The translations under genes and the position numbers were made by a program. A DNA stretch of 64,000 bases, taken from assembly GCF_009914755.1 (NCBI RefSeq), contig NC_060925.1; one strand, given 5' to 3'. Numbering within the stretch: position 1 is the stretch's first letter; every line of letters starts with the position of its first letter. This document shows positions 1-12,840 of this stretch, in pieces. Source of the DNA: the human T2T-CHM13v2.0 reference genome, Homo sapiens. The notes beneath the pieces are model-generated. The model had not been told where the DNA came from, ran no database searches, and saw nothing but the letters and a program-made list of their open reading frames with translations.

Positions 1-3000
1 ACATTCATTGAGCTAGCTCAAATGACAATTATTTGTTATTCTCATCTATTTGGGGTATTTACTATTTTTCTCACTTCATCTTTTGGAAATGTGGAGGTAC
101 AGTTTGTCTCACTCCCCACTAGTTGCTATCACTTGGAAGACAGTCTGCTTGGCAATTATTATCATTTTGCTTTTTTCCCGTATACACTTTCTCATAATTA
201 AGCTATGCAGCCACTTGGCAGTGAAAGGTGCTTTATTCATAATGACTAAATTACTAGATGTGCTTTATGAAGTGTTATTTTTTCATTAATGACTTTCCAT
301 TATTTCAGATTTTTAAAAATTTACTGAAACAATGAAATACAGCAAATATTGAGTTGTAAAGCATATAATTCTAAAGAGAACAGCTTGTACAAAAATAAGT
401 AGATTCAATTTAGTGCCTTACTCACATAATCCTTATAGAAAATTTACTTACAATTTGCATTTGATACCCAGATTTTGATTAAAATGTTTGTTTCTCTTCA
501 AGTGGATTCATTGTTATGTACCAGTGTATCATAGTTCATTGATTCTAGTTAATTGAACATAAAATGCTTTCTAACCTCACAGATGTGAAATGCTAAAAAA
601 AGTTGCTTAGAAACGATGAAATGTTGTATTTGCAGATTCCACTGGATTTGTAATGCATGGGAATAACTCAATAAATATGTCTGGGGAAAGAAAGAAGGAA
701 GGAGGAAGGGAAGGAGATTGTGGAGAGGGAGGAGTAGGAAGGGAGGAAAGTAAAAAAGAAGGCAGAAAAGAATAAACCATAGGCATAATTCTGAGGCTTT
801 CTTGGTGGAAAATTTTTCCAACTTTTCTTTCCACGGATGGAAACTTTATTAGGTCAATAGCAATTTGGCTGCTCCCAAGTTAATGAAAATGAAGCCACTG
901 AGTAGACATATGTGTATTTCCAGGCCTATGAACTCCTGCATGCTTTTCTTCCATGTGGATGGAAGGAAAAACAGATGTAGCTGCCTCTGGACTTCAGTGT
1001 AGGTGCTACACCATGCTGGTTCCTTTATACCCTTCAGATATTACTTTAAATGTCACTTCCTCAGAGAAGCATTCGTGGACTATCCTATCTACAGTATGTT
1101 CCTTCTTGTTATTTCCCCTTAGAGAAGCTTATCCTTTGTTCTCTTCAGACTGTCTACTTATCCCCATAGGGGGCTCATTAAGTAGGCTTAGAGTGTAACT
1201 CATTTCCAAAAGCATATATAATTTGACAGAGATATCAAAGATCAAAAAACATTTAAGAACCAAAGGAATTAAACCTATGTGCAAGTTTCAGATCGAAAAA
1301 CAAACACATGCACTAACAGTTATTAACCTTAAAAATAGAAAACTCAAATTGTATCATTACTACATGATAGTAAATGAGAACAAAACTCTGTACCCAGGGC
1401 AACCAGTGAAGGAAACATGGAGGTCAACTTGACTTACCTACGTTTCCCTGGTGCTGTACTGCTACTAAGTTACATGTAAGATTATGTGATGCTAGCCCAT
1501 CTTCTTACTTCTGGACAGGTTACTTTTAAACCAGGGCCAGAGAGATGAGCTGTATTCCTCTTAATATTTTATTAGAGAGGGTGAGAGCCTACCCTGCAAA
1601 TTTAGGAACTCTTTATTAGACTAAATTCGAAGCCATATCTTTTGTAAATTTTTCATGTTTCACTTTAAGACACTTTATTAAACTGTCTTTACTGATGAAG
1701 GAGAGGGCTGAGTCTATTAGTACAAAAGTTTGTTCTCTTGCTATCACAGGACATTATATCTGGGAAAACACCCATGTAGTTTGTGATAGTGGGTACTTCT
1801 GTTCTCAACTTCAGTTCCACCATCTTTTCCTTTGCATCAGTTACAATCTGTCATCCTAGGTAAAACCTAGCTGGAAAACACTCCTGAAATTCTACCCCAA
1901 AGCTGCACTGCCTTTAGAACTAATTCATGAGGTATTGCCTTATCATAGTGTGAACATCTGTACATATAGCAACTGATTATCTCAATATGTGTTAAGAAAC
2001 AAATGGGGTTATTGGCAGTTATTTTTGTATAGTTTATGTAAACATAATTTTAAAGAATCACGAACAAAAAAATACATAGACTAACCATAAAAGGAATTAA
2101 AATACTAGGTACTGAAAGTATAGAAGTAGATTCTAGCCCTCAGGGGCTAAACAATCAGCAGCAAAGATTCAGATGATATGATTATTCTGACTTAATATAA
2201 TCTCTCTACATATTTATATTTCAAGACAGCATGATAACCTCCCTAATCATGTATTAATAATAAAGGTTTGGTTATGTAGCAACTATAGGCATGTATTTTT
2301 TTGAAAAAATTATACAGGAAATTAAAATTAACTGATATGACTTAGTTCATTTTCATGTTTTTTCCAGTCATCTCTATTTACATTATATTTTCAAACATCC
2401 TATTGTAAAATAGTGAAACATACCTGACTATAATCTTAGATAGGAGTCATAGGATGTAGACCTGATAAAATATTAATTTCATTTAATTTAGAACATAAAG
2501 AAGTAATATTTTTGTTATTTACTTGTCTTCAGAAAAAAGTTATTTTTTACCTCTCAATTTGAACAAGGAGAGGACAAATAAAAACGGAGGCTTAAACAGT
2601 TGCATATTTTGGTTGCTCAAATGGTACGTTATATTTATATATATATATACACATATATATAAAGTATTTTAGAAACATATATAAACACCTTTACAATAAT
2701 TTAAAGGTTCTACAGATTAAACATATTTTACATAATAGGTAATAATTATGTAGTAATAAATAATACTGATTGGCAAACATAACAATATTGTCCAATTAGG
2801 ATTGTTTGCAGTTTCCATGAAGTGGCATTCTACTGTTTGCCTTCTACCCCTTGAAAGAACAGATTATCCCATAAGCCTATAGATAAATATTGCCTGGCCT
2901 TCTCCAGAGCTTGAAGGCCTTATGAATTTAAAGGTTCTTGCCCTTACTTTTAAGGAAGAGGTAGCACTTCATGAAGTTTGTAATCGTATCTCTTACTTTC

Positions 3001-3713
3001 CCCCACAGGTTATCAAGCTTTGGAAATGACACTGTGTTAATTCTGGAAAATGTTGTTCCAGGTGCTCCTTCCTTTACACAATGCTAACATTTGCATGGAA
3101 AAGCTGGATGAGTGATTAAATAATTAAAATATCTCTATAATTTGAATCTTATCTAATGGTGAATTCCATGGCAGAATTATGGAGAATGTCTAGGCTGTTT
3201 ATGATTAACGAGATTTGTTGTTATAGTGTAGAGCCTGCTTTCAGTATGTGTTTGGATTCGAAGTGGCATGATTCCAAATCTGGTTTTACTCACATCCTTC
3301 CTGCATTTTCAAATAGACTGAACATTAACACTGCAAGTGAATTGCTGAAGAAATAATTACTGAGGTATTTTAAAGCACACTTCTGCCATTAAGTGGAACT
3401 GAAAAAAAAAATGGAAGAGATATATGTTTTAAGCAATACAGGCTTAAGTATGAACAAAGAGGGTTCAAAAGATGAAAGCAGTACTAATGCAACTTTTCAC
3501 TTTTTGTATTTTTTGGGATATACTTTTGGCTCTGTAGCCAAAGGATAGCCTCTCGATTTAACTATTAGGAAATACTAAAAGTAAACAGAAATACTTATAA
3601 TCTTCCATTTTCTTTCCTATTAAGAAATAGACAATTGTTTCTAATGCTCAGACCTGAGTGGATCTGCTGCAACCCAAGACTGAACTGAGGAGCACAAAAG
3701 AGGGTATGTCAGA

Positions 3714-3745
3714 AGAGAGAGACAGAGAGAGAGAGAGACAGAGAG
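3714..3745. repeat. (GA)n microsatellite
   Basis: Interrupted GA dinucleotide run. Confidence 0.9.
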
Positions 3746-5718
3746 ATGATACAGGACTCTGAAATCTTTACATTTAGCTTTGTGAAATCACAAGATTTTT
3801 GTAACATCTCTTCCAGGTAGACACATGCACACATACCAAATATTCCAAAGAAACCTATAATTTAAAAAATTATCTTTGGGATTTGATTATTGTATCACCA
3901 CAGCTCTCTGTTAGCATAGATAATTGAGGGGTGCTTGTGAACACTCGTGACTGAAAATGCCACCATTGTTGAGGAAATTAGGTTCTGCGAAATGGCTTCA
4001 TGGTTTGGCTCCACATTAAGGATGAGGTGTACAAGAATGAAAAGGGAAATAATTTCTGAATATATTTTCTTCATTGCTGTGACTTATTACTTACTGCATA
4101 TTGGCCCTTTGGCTTTTATACTATAAAAAAACATAAGTTCGGTTATATTCTGCTGACCAAAGGAAATCATGACATAAACTGCTAGTTGTACTGTTTCTTT
4201 CCTGTTTTGCAACCAATATAAAATACTACATTTCTCTACATTAAAAATATACATAGTGAATTTAAATGCTTCCTCAGTTTAATAACCACTATAAAAATAG
4301 CCAGGAAAAGCCACTGGTGGTAATGCCACTATTTTTAACCATGAACTGTATTCTCAAAATACCATAACTAGATAATTGGGACATAGGAGAGTTGTCTTTC
4401 TGTGATTTTGAATTCTAGGGGTTTGATGTGAGAATGAAATTTAGGCCGATTTTATTGTTTTAATGGGAAGTTCATCTGCATGATCTATTAACAATGAAAT
4501 GCAAGAGGCCATTAAAGGTGAAAAAGTAACTTCCTACTATTTTTCATGGGTGTTTTCAAAGTAAGATAAAGATTTATTTTCTGACTTTGTATAGTGACCA
4601 CAGCCAGGGCCAGAGAAAAGTGATCTCCCTTGAGTTGCTTGCAGTCTGCACTCTGACTTCCTCCTCTTGGCCCAGTTGAGTCCAGACATTTCAACAGCTT
4701 GACTAAGCCTCATCACCAGTTAGCTGCCAAATTCAGTGGCTGCCAATACCACTAGTAGCTTTTTAAATACACCTGTTGCCAGCACTATGTTTGAGTCAAG
4801 AAGGCTAGACCTTTCTGGTCTACCCCAGTGGCTAAGCTCTCTTTCAAAGGAGAATTATTTTTAGTATTACTTCATCATTTTTCCTTAAGAAAATGTTTTT
4901 CTAGCAAGCTTCTCTCCTTACAGAGAAATTGCATTTACACTGATCCCAGTACATAACATCTCGTCTGGGTTAGCCTAGGGAGAAAGAGTAGTTTCAATAA
5001 TTGATATTACCTGTGGGGCCAGCAAGATATATGAATAACAAAACATAAAAACTTGGTGTAACTGAGAGGTTTCAAGTGTAATAATCAAAAACCACTTACA
5101 GCAAAGTTAATCTGATAGTTAATGGTATGTATTGCGTGGTAATTAGGTATAAACACTAAGTACTTCATATAAAGGACTATAATTAATGTGTTTCATGAAG
5201 CCAAACAAGCATTTTTGGAGCAAGCTTGGTGGGGAGATGAATAGAAAAGCAGTTAAAGCTAGATTCTGTTCTAAAGATCCTGGACCACAGATCCTCTTTG
5301 GCCAGGTTTTTCTGCGTTTCCATTAGCATTTGCTCACAGCCAGGAGGCCAGTGGCCAGGAACAACTTTCCCTATCCACCACAAAGCTGATAAAAAGCTAA
5401 AGAGAAAAAGTGTGGTGGATTCAGTTCTGACAACCTTCCAATCTTTGAAACACTGTATGACTATTTAGCTGTAGCTTAGCAGTACTTTAAGGTGAAGAAA
5501 TAGGACATATCAGAGTATTTCAATACTTTGGGCACTATATAGCCACTGATAAGGATTCTTCCTCAACAGTCTTTTCAGCTAGTAGGACTTCATGAGCTCA
5601 TTTTGATCCATTTGACTATGAGTCAGTGTTCTCAAGGTGTATGTGTTTTGCTTTTACCAATGGAATATTTGGTCATAGATAAATCTGTAGTTTATTAAAA
5701 AACAAAAAACACCAAACT

Positions 5719-6044
<326 letters not shown>

Positions 6045-6224
6045 TTACACATACGTCTGGTCTGAGGTTGACATGTCTTTACCCTAAGGATATCTGGTTA
6101 TTTTTTTCCTGCAATGTGTGCCTGTGTATGACGCCAGTGACACTGTTTCTATTGACTGACAGATTTGATTTGGTGTGACCTGATAAAATGATCTGGTTCA
6201 AATGCCAATTTCATTGGCTTTGTT

Positions 6225-6970
6225 CTTGCCTCCTTTCTTACCTGACATTCAATACATCAGCAAATCTTGTTTGCTCTTAGAAATGGAATCTCACCATTTT
6301 TACCACCTGCACTCTGGTCTGTCATCAATGTATTTTACCTGGATCATTACAATAGTCTTCTAACATCTAGTTGCTCTTAGGCTCAATCTGTTCTCCACAG
6401 TGCAGCTCTTCTCTCCCAACCCAAATCAGATTTGGTCACTCCTCCAATGGCTCTCCTTTTCATTCAGAATAAATTTTAAAGGTTACAAGATTCTACAACT
6501 ATACCCTTCTTGTACCCTACTCCCTCTTCTGATTTAGTCAGCTGCTTTCCCACCGCTCACTGAATTCTAGCCTACACTGACCTCCTGCCTATTTCTCAAA
6601 CATGCCAAGCCCACTTCCACTTAGGGTCTTTGCATTTGCTGATCCTTCTGTGTAAAATATTCTAACCCTGGGTAGCCAAATGGCTAATTTCTCACTTCCT
6701 TAGTTCTCTGCTCAAATGTCAGAGAGGCATTCCCAGACAAACATATTTAAAATAGCATCCTCCCTCCCCATGTCTCCCTACCCTGCTTTATTTTTCTATG
6801 ACTCACCATCTGGCATAGTAGGTATTTATTGGCTTTTTTTTTTTTTTGGCCTTTCCGACTACAATATAAGCTCTATGACAGCAGGCACTGTATATCTCGG
6901 TGAGCTGTTGTATCCTCATTCCTTAGAACATTGCCTAGCCCATTTATGAATATTTGTTGAGCCACATGAA
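6225..6970 (+). mobile_element. L2 LINE 3' fragment
   Basis: Ends ...CCTTAGAACATTGCCTAGCCCATTTATGAATATTTGTTGA, like the L2 3' terminus. Confidence 0.7.
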
Positions 6971-7003
6971 TCAAGGCCTCCTTTTGAGATCGTGAACGTT
7001 TTC

Positions 7004-7314
7004 ATTTATTTATTTATTTTTTTGAGACGGATTTTCGCTCTTTCACCCACGCTGGAGTGAAGTAACGCGATCTCTGCTCACTGCAACCTCCTCCCCGCCT
7101 CGGGTTCAAGCGATTCTTTTGCCTCAGCCTCCCCAGTAGCTGGGATTATAGACTCCTGCCACCACGCTCGGCTAGTTTTTGTATTTTTAGTAGAGACAGG
7201 GTTTCGCCATGTTGGCCAGGCTGGTCTCGAACTCCTGACCTCAGGTGATCACCCCCCCCCCCACTTGGCCTCCCAAAATGCTAGGCTTACAGCCATGAGC
7301 CACTGCGCCCGGCC
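7004..7314 (-). mobile_element. AluS
   Basis: Reverse-complement Alu with (TTTA)n tail, ending CCACTGCGCCCGGCC. Confidence 0.93.
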
Positions 7315-7447
7315 ATTTTTCTTTTTAAAAATAAACTTTCCAGATCTTAATTTCATGGCTTTAACATTTTAAATGTTTGAGGTATAATCTACTCATTCTT
7401 GGCTCTAATCTTTTTGTCAGGGAAGTTAAACTAGTGAGAGACCTATG

Positions 7448-7680
7448 AACAACAGCAACAATTTAATGAGCACGTCTTATATGCCAAGCTTTGTGGTTAA
7501 GCACTTTGCTTTATCTCACTTAATTCTAACTATGGTCCTAGAGGTTGGTATTACAACTAATCTCCTTTTACAGAGAGTTACTGAGACTTGGAGAGGTTAA
7601 ATAACTTGCAGCCAGGTCACAAAATTAATCACTGAGTTGAGACGACAATTAAGGTATGGCCGACTCCATACTGCCTCCTA
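7448..7680 (-). mobile_element. MIR SINE
   Basis: Core TTTTACAGA...ACTGAGACTTGGAGAGGTTAAATAACTTGC...GGTCACA. Confidence 0.75.
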
Positions 7681-8099
7681 GCCGTCTCCTCGAGTAGTTC
7701 ATGCCCTGTTAACTTAAGTCGTGAAGCTGCTGGTGTCAAAGCATTCCTTTTGCAGTTTCGTGTACTAGGGTTCTGGGTGATTTTGCACATATTTATTTCA
7801 AAGATCCTCCGTACCACACCAGGGAGTTTACCTTCTGGAATGTTGTTGAAGCCCCTGTCCTCTATGCTGGGACACTTTCATGCAACGTTTGCTTAGCCAG
7901 ACTCAGGAAAACGCCTTTTTTTTTTTTTCTCATTTCCCTGCACTCCACATTAAACACAGAGGTAGTTTAAATCACCTGGTAAAAGAAGATGGGATCACAA
8001 ACGCTGTGGTCCAGAAGGGAACATCAGTAAGTCGGTTCACCGCTTGCAAGTGGGGGCACTTACATATAAATGAAGAAAAAACAAGTTCTTAAAAAGCAG

Positions 8100-9300
8100 C
8101 CGACCCTGGGTTCTTAAAAAGCAGCCGGGGAAGAGGGCTCAGGGGACCGGACGCGGTGCCCCGCACCACGCTAGGCCTGACAACCGGAAGAGAGGGGCCA
8201 GGAGGGGCTCCTCCAGAGCGACTTCGGCTCCAGTAGGGAAACCGCCGAGGCTCCCCCAGCTCCAGGGAGCGCCGGGGACGCAGGCGGGAAGCCTCCATCG
8301 GGCAGCCGGCCTGGACTCACGACGCGGGGTGGGGCCGGCGCCCGCCCCGCCCCTCTCCTCGGGGATGCCGGGATGTTTACACTCCTGACAGCGGCGGCAG
8401 CAGGAGGAGGATCGGGAGTCGCGGGAGGATGGGCCGCCGCTAGGCTCGCACTCCGGACGCGCCTCGCAGTGCGCAGGGTGGGTGCCCCGCGCCTGCAGCG
8501 TCCGCCGGGGCGGCGCGGCGGGAGGTGGCCGACAGGCTCCGGGCCTCGCAGCCTCAGCCCCCGGCCCAGCGCGCTTTCCGACGGCGGCGCCGCGCCGAGC
8601 CACCCGCCCGCCCAAGGTCTCTCGCGGGCGGGAGAACGGAAAACTCCCAACTTCCTGGTGAGTCGCTGCCCAGGGTTCAGGCGCCCGGACCGGGCAGCTC
8701 CTGCCGGGAGGGGCCGCCTGCGGGAGTCGGGCCGGGAGAGGGAGGTCGGGACCGCGCGGGGCGGCCTCCGGGATACCCTCGCTCGGGGTAGGTGGGGCGG
8801 GGCGCGCTGCGCTCGAGGCGGATGGGGGTTTCGGTCTTGTTCGTTGGCAGCGGTGGGAGGGGGCGGCAGGAAACTTCATACCTGGCCCCGGCTCTAGAGG
8901 CCCGAGGCCGCCAAGGGCGCCGCGGTAACTAAGAAACTCCGTGGCCACGGCGGCGGCGGCAACAGGTCTTTGGTTTCGGGACCCGAGGAACTTAAGCGAA
9001 GTCCCGCCTTCCGGCGGATGCTCATTGGCGACGTCGGTTATTTATCTCTCGCGGATTGGTGAAGTCCGTCTGTCAGGATTCGGCAGCAGCCCGACTTAGG
9101 AAAGTGAAGTGCGCTGGGAGAGAGTGGGTGGTGGGAGCCGGCAGATAGGGGAGAATCCGAAGTGGCTTCAGAAGTACAGGGAGCGTGAGAGGTCTGTCGG
9201 AGAATGAACTTGGGAGAGACTCGGGATTACAAAATGTCGGAGAGAGGGATTGCGAGGCAATAGCGAACATTGCTGGTGATGGTGGCAATGGAAAAGAAAT
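8100..9300. promoter_or_regulatory. NEK7: CpG island / TATA-less promoter of the + strand gene
   Basis: Abrupt rise in GC and CpG density. Tandem GC boxes CCCGCCCCGCCCC at 8341-8353, ETS-like ACCGGAAG at 8183-8190, forkhead-type TGTTTAC at 8374-8380. Boundaries approximate. Confidence 0.9.
8379..8657 (+). other. NEK7: Non-coding first exon (5' UTR) of NIMA-related kinase 7; start approximate
   Basis: Seen: consensus donor CCTG|GTGAGT at 8657/8658, downstream of GC boxes. Recalled: the ending ...GGAGAACGGAAAACTCCCAACTTCCTG matches the NEK7 5' UTR, and a PRR13 pseudogene lies in NEK7 intron 1. Not database-verified. Confidence 0.8.
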
Positions 9301-10149
9301 TGAAAACTGAGGCCAAAGTCAGAGAAGGGTAGCCAAAGGAAAACAGAGAAAAGTGACAAGACCGTATGACCGCAGAACAGTGTAAGGAAGCGAGCACAAC
9401 CTAGAGGATGCTGCCTTGAGAGCTAAAGAACTTCTGTTGCCTCTGTTACACTGTAGGCCTTCACTCCTAAAACCGCAGCATCCTCTATTTAGTCTTGCAC
9501 TGGGAGCGTACTGGGGTCGCGGAGAGATGATGTATCGTGTTCTCACCTTGCTGTAGTCCTCACTGGGGAGAAATGCTAAAAAATATACTTAGTTTACAGT
9601 AAGATACATGTTACTGTCCTTGCGCAATTCTGGTGACTGAACTGAAAATCAGAAATACACAGAAATAAAATGATTATTCTCCTTTGAGGTTACTGAGCTC
9701 AAGGATGCAATTGAAAACACCACATTTCCATAGTTTGTAGAGCCTAATGTACCCATCATAATGGGAACCACTGTTTCTAGTTCCTCCTCCAAGGAATTTA
9801 CAGTTTCAAGGCTATGCACACTCCCTCCAGGCGACAGCAGTATGTCTTGTCAGGTTGCATTAGAGAATTAAAGTACAGAGTATGTGTATTATAAATATGT
9901 TCTGTTCAGGACCTTGAGCTGCTGGTGGTGTGGTCGAAGAATGGCATAGTCCTTGCACTCAAAAGCTACAGTATGTTTGGGACAACCGGTCAAACCCTGA
10001 AAACGGTGAACAGTAAAACAGGAGATACAGTTAACCCTCTAATGCTTTGTGGCAACTCTTGTTGAATGGCCGCTGAGTATTCTTGGTTTGTAACACTTGG
10101 TGATGGCCAAGTGCTCTTGAAACAGCTAACTTAAAATCTCAGCAGTTAT

Positions 10150-10760
10150 TTTATTTCCAGAGGAAGGAATTCTCTCTCCCTCGGCGAGATCCAGTCCACA
10201 GCTTGCTTCACTCTTAGAACAGCGGCATCCTCTATTTGGTCTCGCACGGGGAACTTGCTGGGGTAGGGGAGAGGTGTTAGAGCTTTGAAAAAGCTTTGCC
10301 TCTCGGAGGAGTCAAAGGGGCAGTAACTGTATGGGGTGAGAGGAAGGCCTGCGAAATAAAAAGGCAAAGGAACCGTTTGAGGAGGCTAGTTGCCTTCTCG
10401 GGGCCGGTGTGTGTGCGGGGGTAGTGTTAAGGGGGAGGAAGGAGCCCGGGAGCCCGGAGGACCCTCCCGGAGGTGCGGGCCTGAAATTCCGCTGGGTGCC
10501 GGGAGGCTCCGCCCTCCGGAGTACTGACGGCCTTCGCAGCCAATGCGCAGCCAGGACCTCGCGTTCGGGAGGGCGGGTACTTCCTACTCCAGCCCTGGGC
10601 TCGGAGAAGGCCGCGTTAGTTCTTTTTCTAGGGATGTCTGCGGAAGGGGCGCCAGGCTGAGGGCCAGCCTGGAGAAAGAAAGAAAGGAAGGAAGGAAGGA
10701 AGGAGGAGGGGGGCTTCAGTTTTCCCTGAGCCATCCTAGGTGTCCCGTTTCGTGATTCAG
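10150..10760. promoter_or_regulatory. Second CpG-rich island; candidate alternative promoter or enhancer
   Basis: CpG-rich, with a CTCCGCCC GC box (~10507-10514), CCAAT at 10540-10544, GGGCGG at 10571-10576, ACTTCCT at 10579-10585 and a purine tract at 10671-10713. Confidence 0.65.
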
Positions 10761-12661
10761 CTGCACCTAGAACTTAACTACTACTGAAAGTTTATAGTAG
10801 ATTAGAAGCGAAGTTGGTCAGCAGACTAAATATAGTCCATGTGACTGAGGCGGGTTTTACTCTGAAATTACCTGAAAATGAAAACCACTAAATGTCAGAA
10901 TCTAAATCGTTAGGCGTTTTCACAACTTCTTGGGAATCTTTCCATGGTTAAAAATCTTACCAATTTAACAAGACTAACTTTATTTCTAAGCGTACAGACT
11001 CATTTTATAGTCTGAACTAGTATTTAGGTTTATTTATTTAGATAATACATGTAGCACCCACCATTGCTTTCCCCCTTTCATATTTTCCTGTCTGGACAAT
11101 TTCGAGTTCATTTCCATCCCAGTAAAACAGCACTTACCCAAAGAATGAGGAAAGCACATATGGTATGATGGCAGTGTACTAGTAGAGGAGGGGAGATTTG
11201 ATGCCTCTATAGCTAACATACCTGATTAATAAATTTAAAAAAAAATTGCATCGTAATGACCAGAAGTCCAGTGCAGTTACAGTTTGTGTAAATAAGTACT
11301 TAATCTCATAAGGACCTCATGCCCCAAATCTTTCCTGGTGCTTGCAGTTGATAGTTTTGGGCTCTGACTTACTGTAAACATTTAAGTATTCTTTTTTTTT
11401 CCCCTCAATTATTGCGCATTTACTGAAATATAGACTTCTTTTTTTCACTTAAATATGTGGTCTGAGATATCATTAGAGACTTTTACAGTGTTTCCAGAAC
11501 TAAACACTATTTTCCTAGGAACTATCTGATGTTTTAAGAATGTACCTCTGTAGTATTACAAATGTCGCCACCATTCAGGGTACCTGAGAACTGGGCCTGA
11601 GAGCAGGGCCCAGTTAAGTGTTAGTGATTACGCACTTTTGGGGAAAAAAAAAGTAGGTAATTCCAAAATTTCTTTCAGGTTTTGTTTCCCTTGATTTTTT
11701 TTTTTTTTTAAATAGGCTTTGGTATTTTAAAAATGCACAGTGTAGTATTTAAAAAATACACAGTGTAGCTGCAGCTGCAGCTGCACAAAACAGCACTCTG
11801 TCCTCATTCCCGGTTTCATTCACATTTAAGTGTTTACCCCTTCGAATTTTTGTTGGAAAACTACGAGGGTAGGTATTTCAGTGCATCGTCTATAAAACAT
11901 ATTAAACTTAATGTACGACTTAAGGGTGTCTTGGAAATGCCATGTATGATTACTGTTTGCTCCGAATTGTTTTATCAGCACTTCATCAGGATTTATGTAA
12001 ATATATAGCAAGATGTTTTAAGACGCATTTCTTTACCCTTTTGAGACTTTTTCAATTTAATTCTCCCCCCTCCACCCATTTTTGTAGGGAATATGGATGA
12101 ATAACATTTGGTTACATAATTGTAATCAAATATATGCATTTGTATAATATAATGGCAGTTCAGAATTTTTAAATTGATACAATTCAATCTCAGAGTTATA
12201 AAACTTCTAAACTGCTGAATTCTCCTTTGGTAATTAATAGTTTGATTATTCCTAGGTGTTGTGTATTTTCACAAAATTTTTTTTATTCTGAAGAAAACAC
12301 TTACAGAGTATATTTCATGCTTTTCAGTGGGCAGTGGGAATGAGAAGGACAGATGATCATGAAGCATTCCTTAATATTTTTGAGCAGGATAACTTCTTTT
12401 TTAACCTTTGTCAAAATAACTGCCCTGCCATACTATTTAGGTAATGAGGTTATACAATGAGTGGTTTTGTTGTAATAGCTATCAAAGTGTTAAGCGGAAC
12501 AATATATAAATGAATAAAACTGATTTTAGTGGTCTATAAAAATTGAGAAATACGTGTTTTCTGTTACATAATGGAAATAGGCCTTTTTGTAAATCTTATT
12601 AGTAGTCTTCTGTTGGTAGTGGGTAAGGGCTACTTTTTCAATCCAGTCTGCTTTTTTATAG

Positions 12662-12840
12662 AATAGTGATTCACAATTTTTTTCTCTGAAGGATCACATG
12701 GTAAATATTTCTGGCTTTGTGAGCCCTGTGATTGCATCTGCTGCCATTGTAGCCAAATACAGTATCTGACCAAGTGGGCATAGGTGTGTTCAAATAAAGC
12801 TTTATTTATACAAATAGGTTGGTAGCTTTCCCCCACTCTA
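12662..12840 (+). mobile_element. MER58A-like hAT-Charlie element
   Basis: GGTAAATATTCTGGCTTTGTG...GTGTGTTCAAATAAAGCTTTATTTAT matches the MER58 pattern. Confidence 0.65.

Noticed and set aside
4291-4338. Inverted pair of MEF2-like sites (ATAAAAATAG; CTATTTTTAA)
   Set aside because: Only one matches the consensus fully, and such motifs are frequent in AT-rich DNA.
8139-8948. Long ORFs over the CpG island (269 aa and 159 aa on -, 174 aa on +)
   Set aside because: Low-complexity Pro/Ala/Arg/Gly translations expected in very GC-rich DNA, with no recognisable domain. The + ORF crosses the splice donor and its ATG (8373) is at or upstream of the likely TSS.
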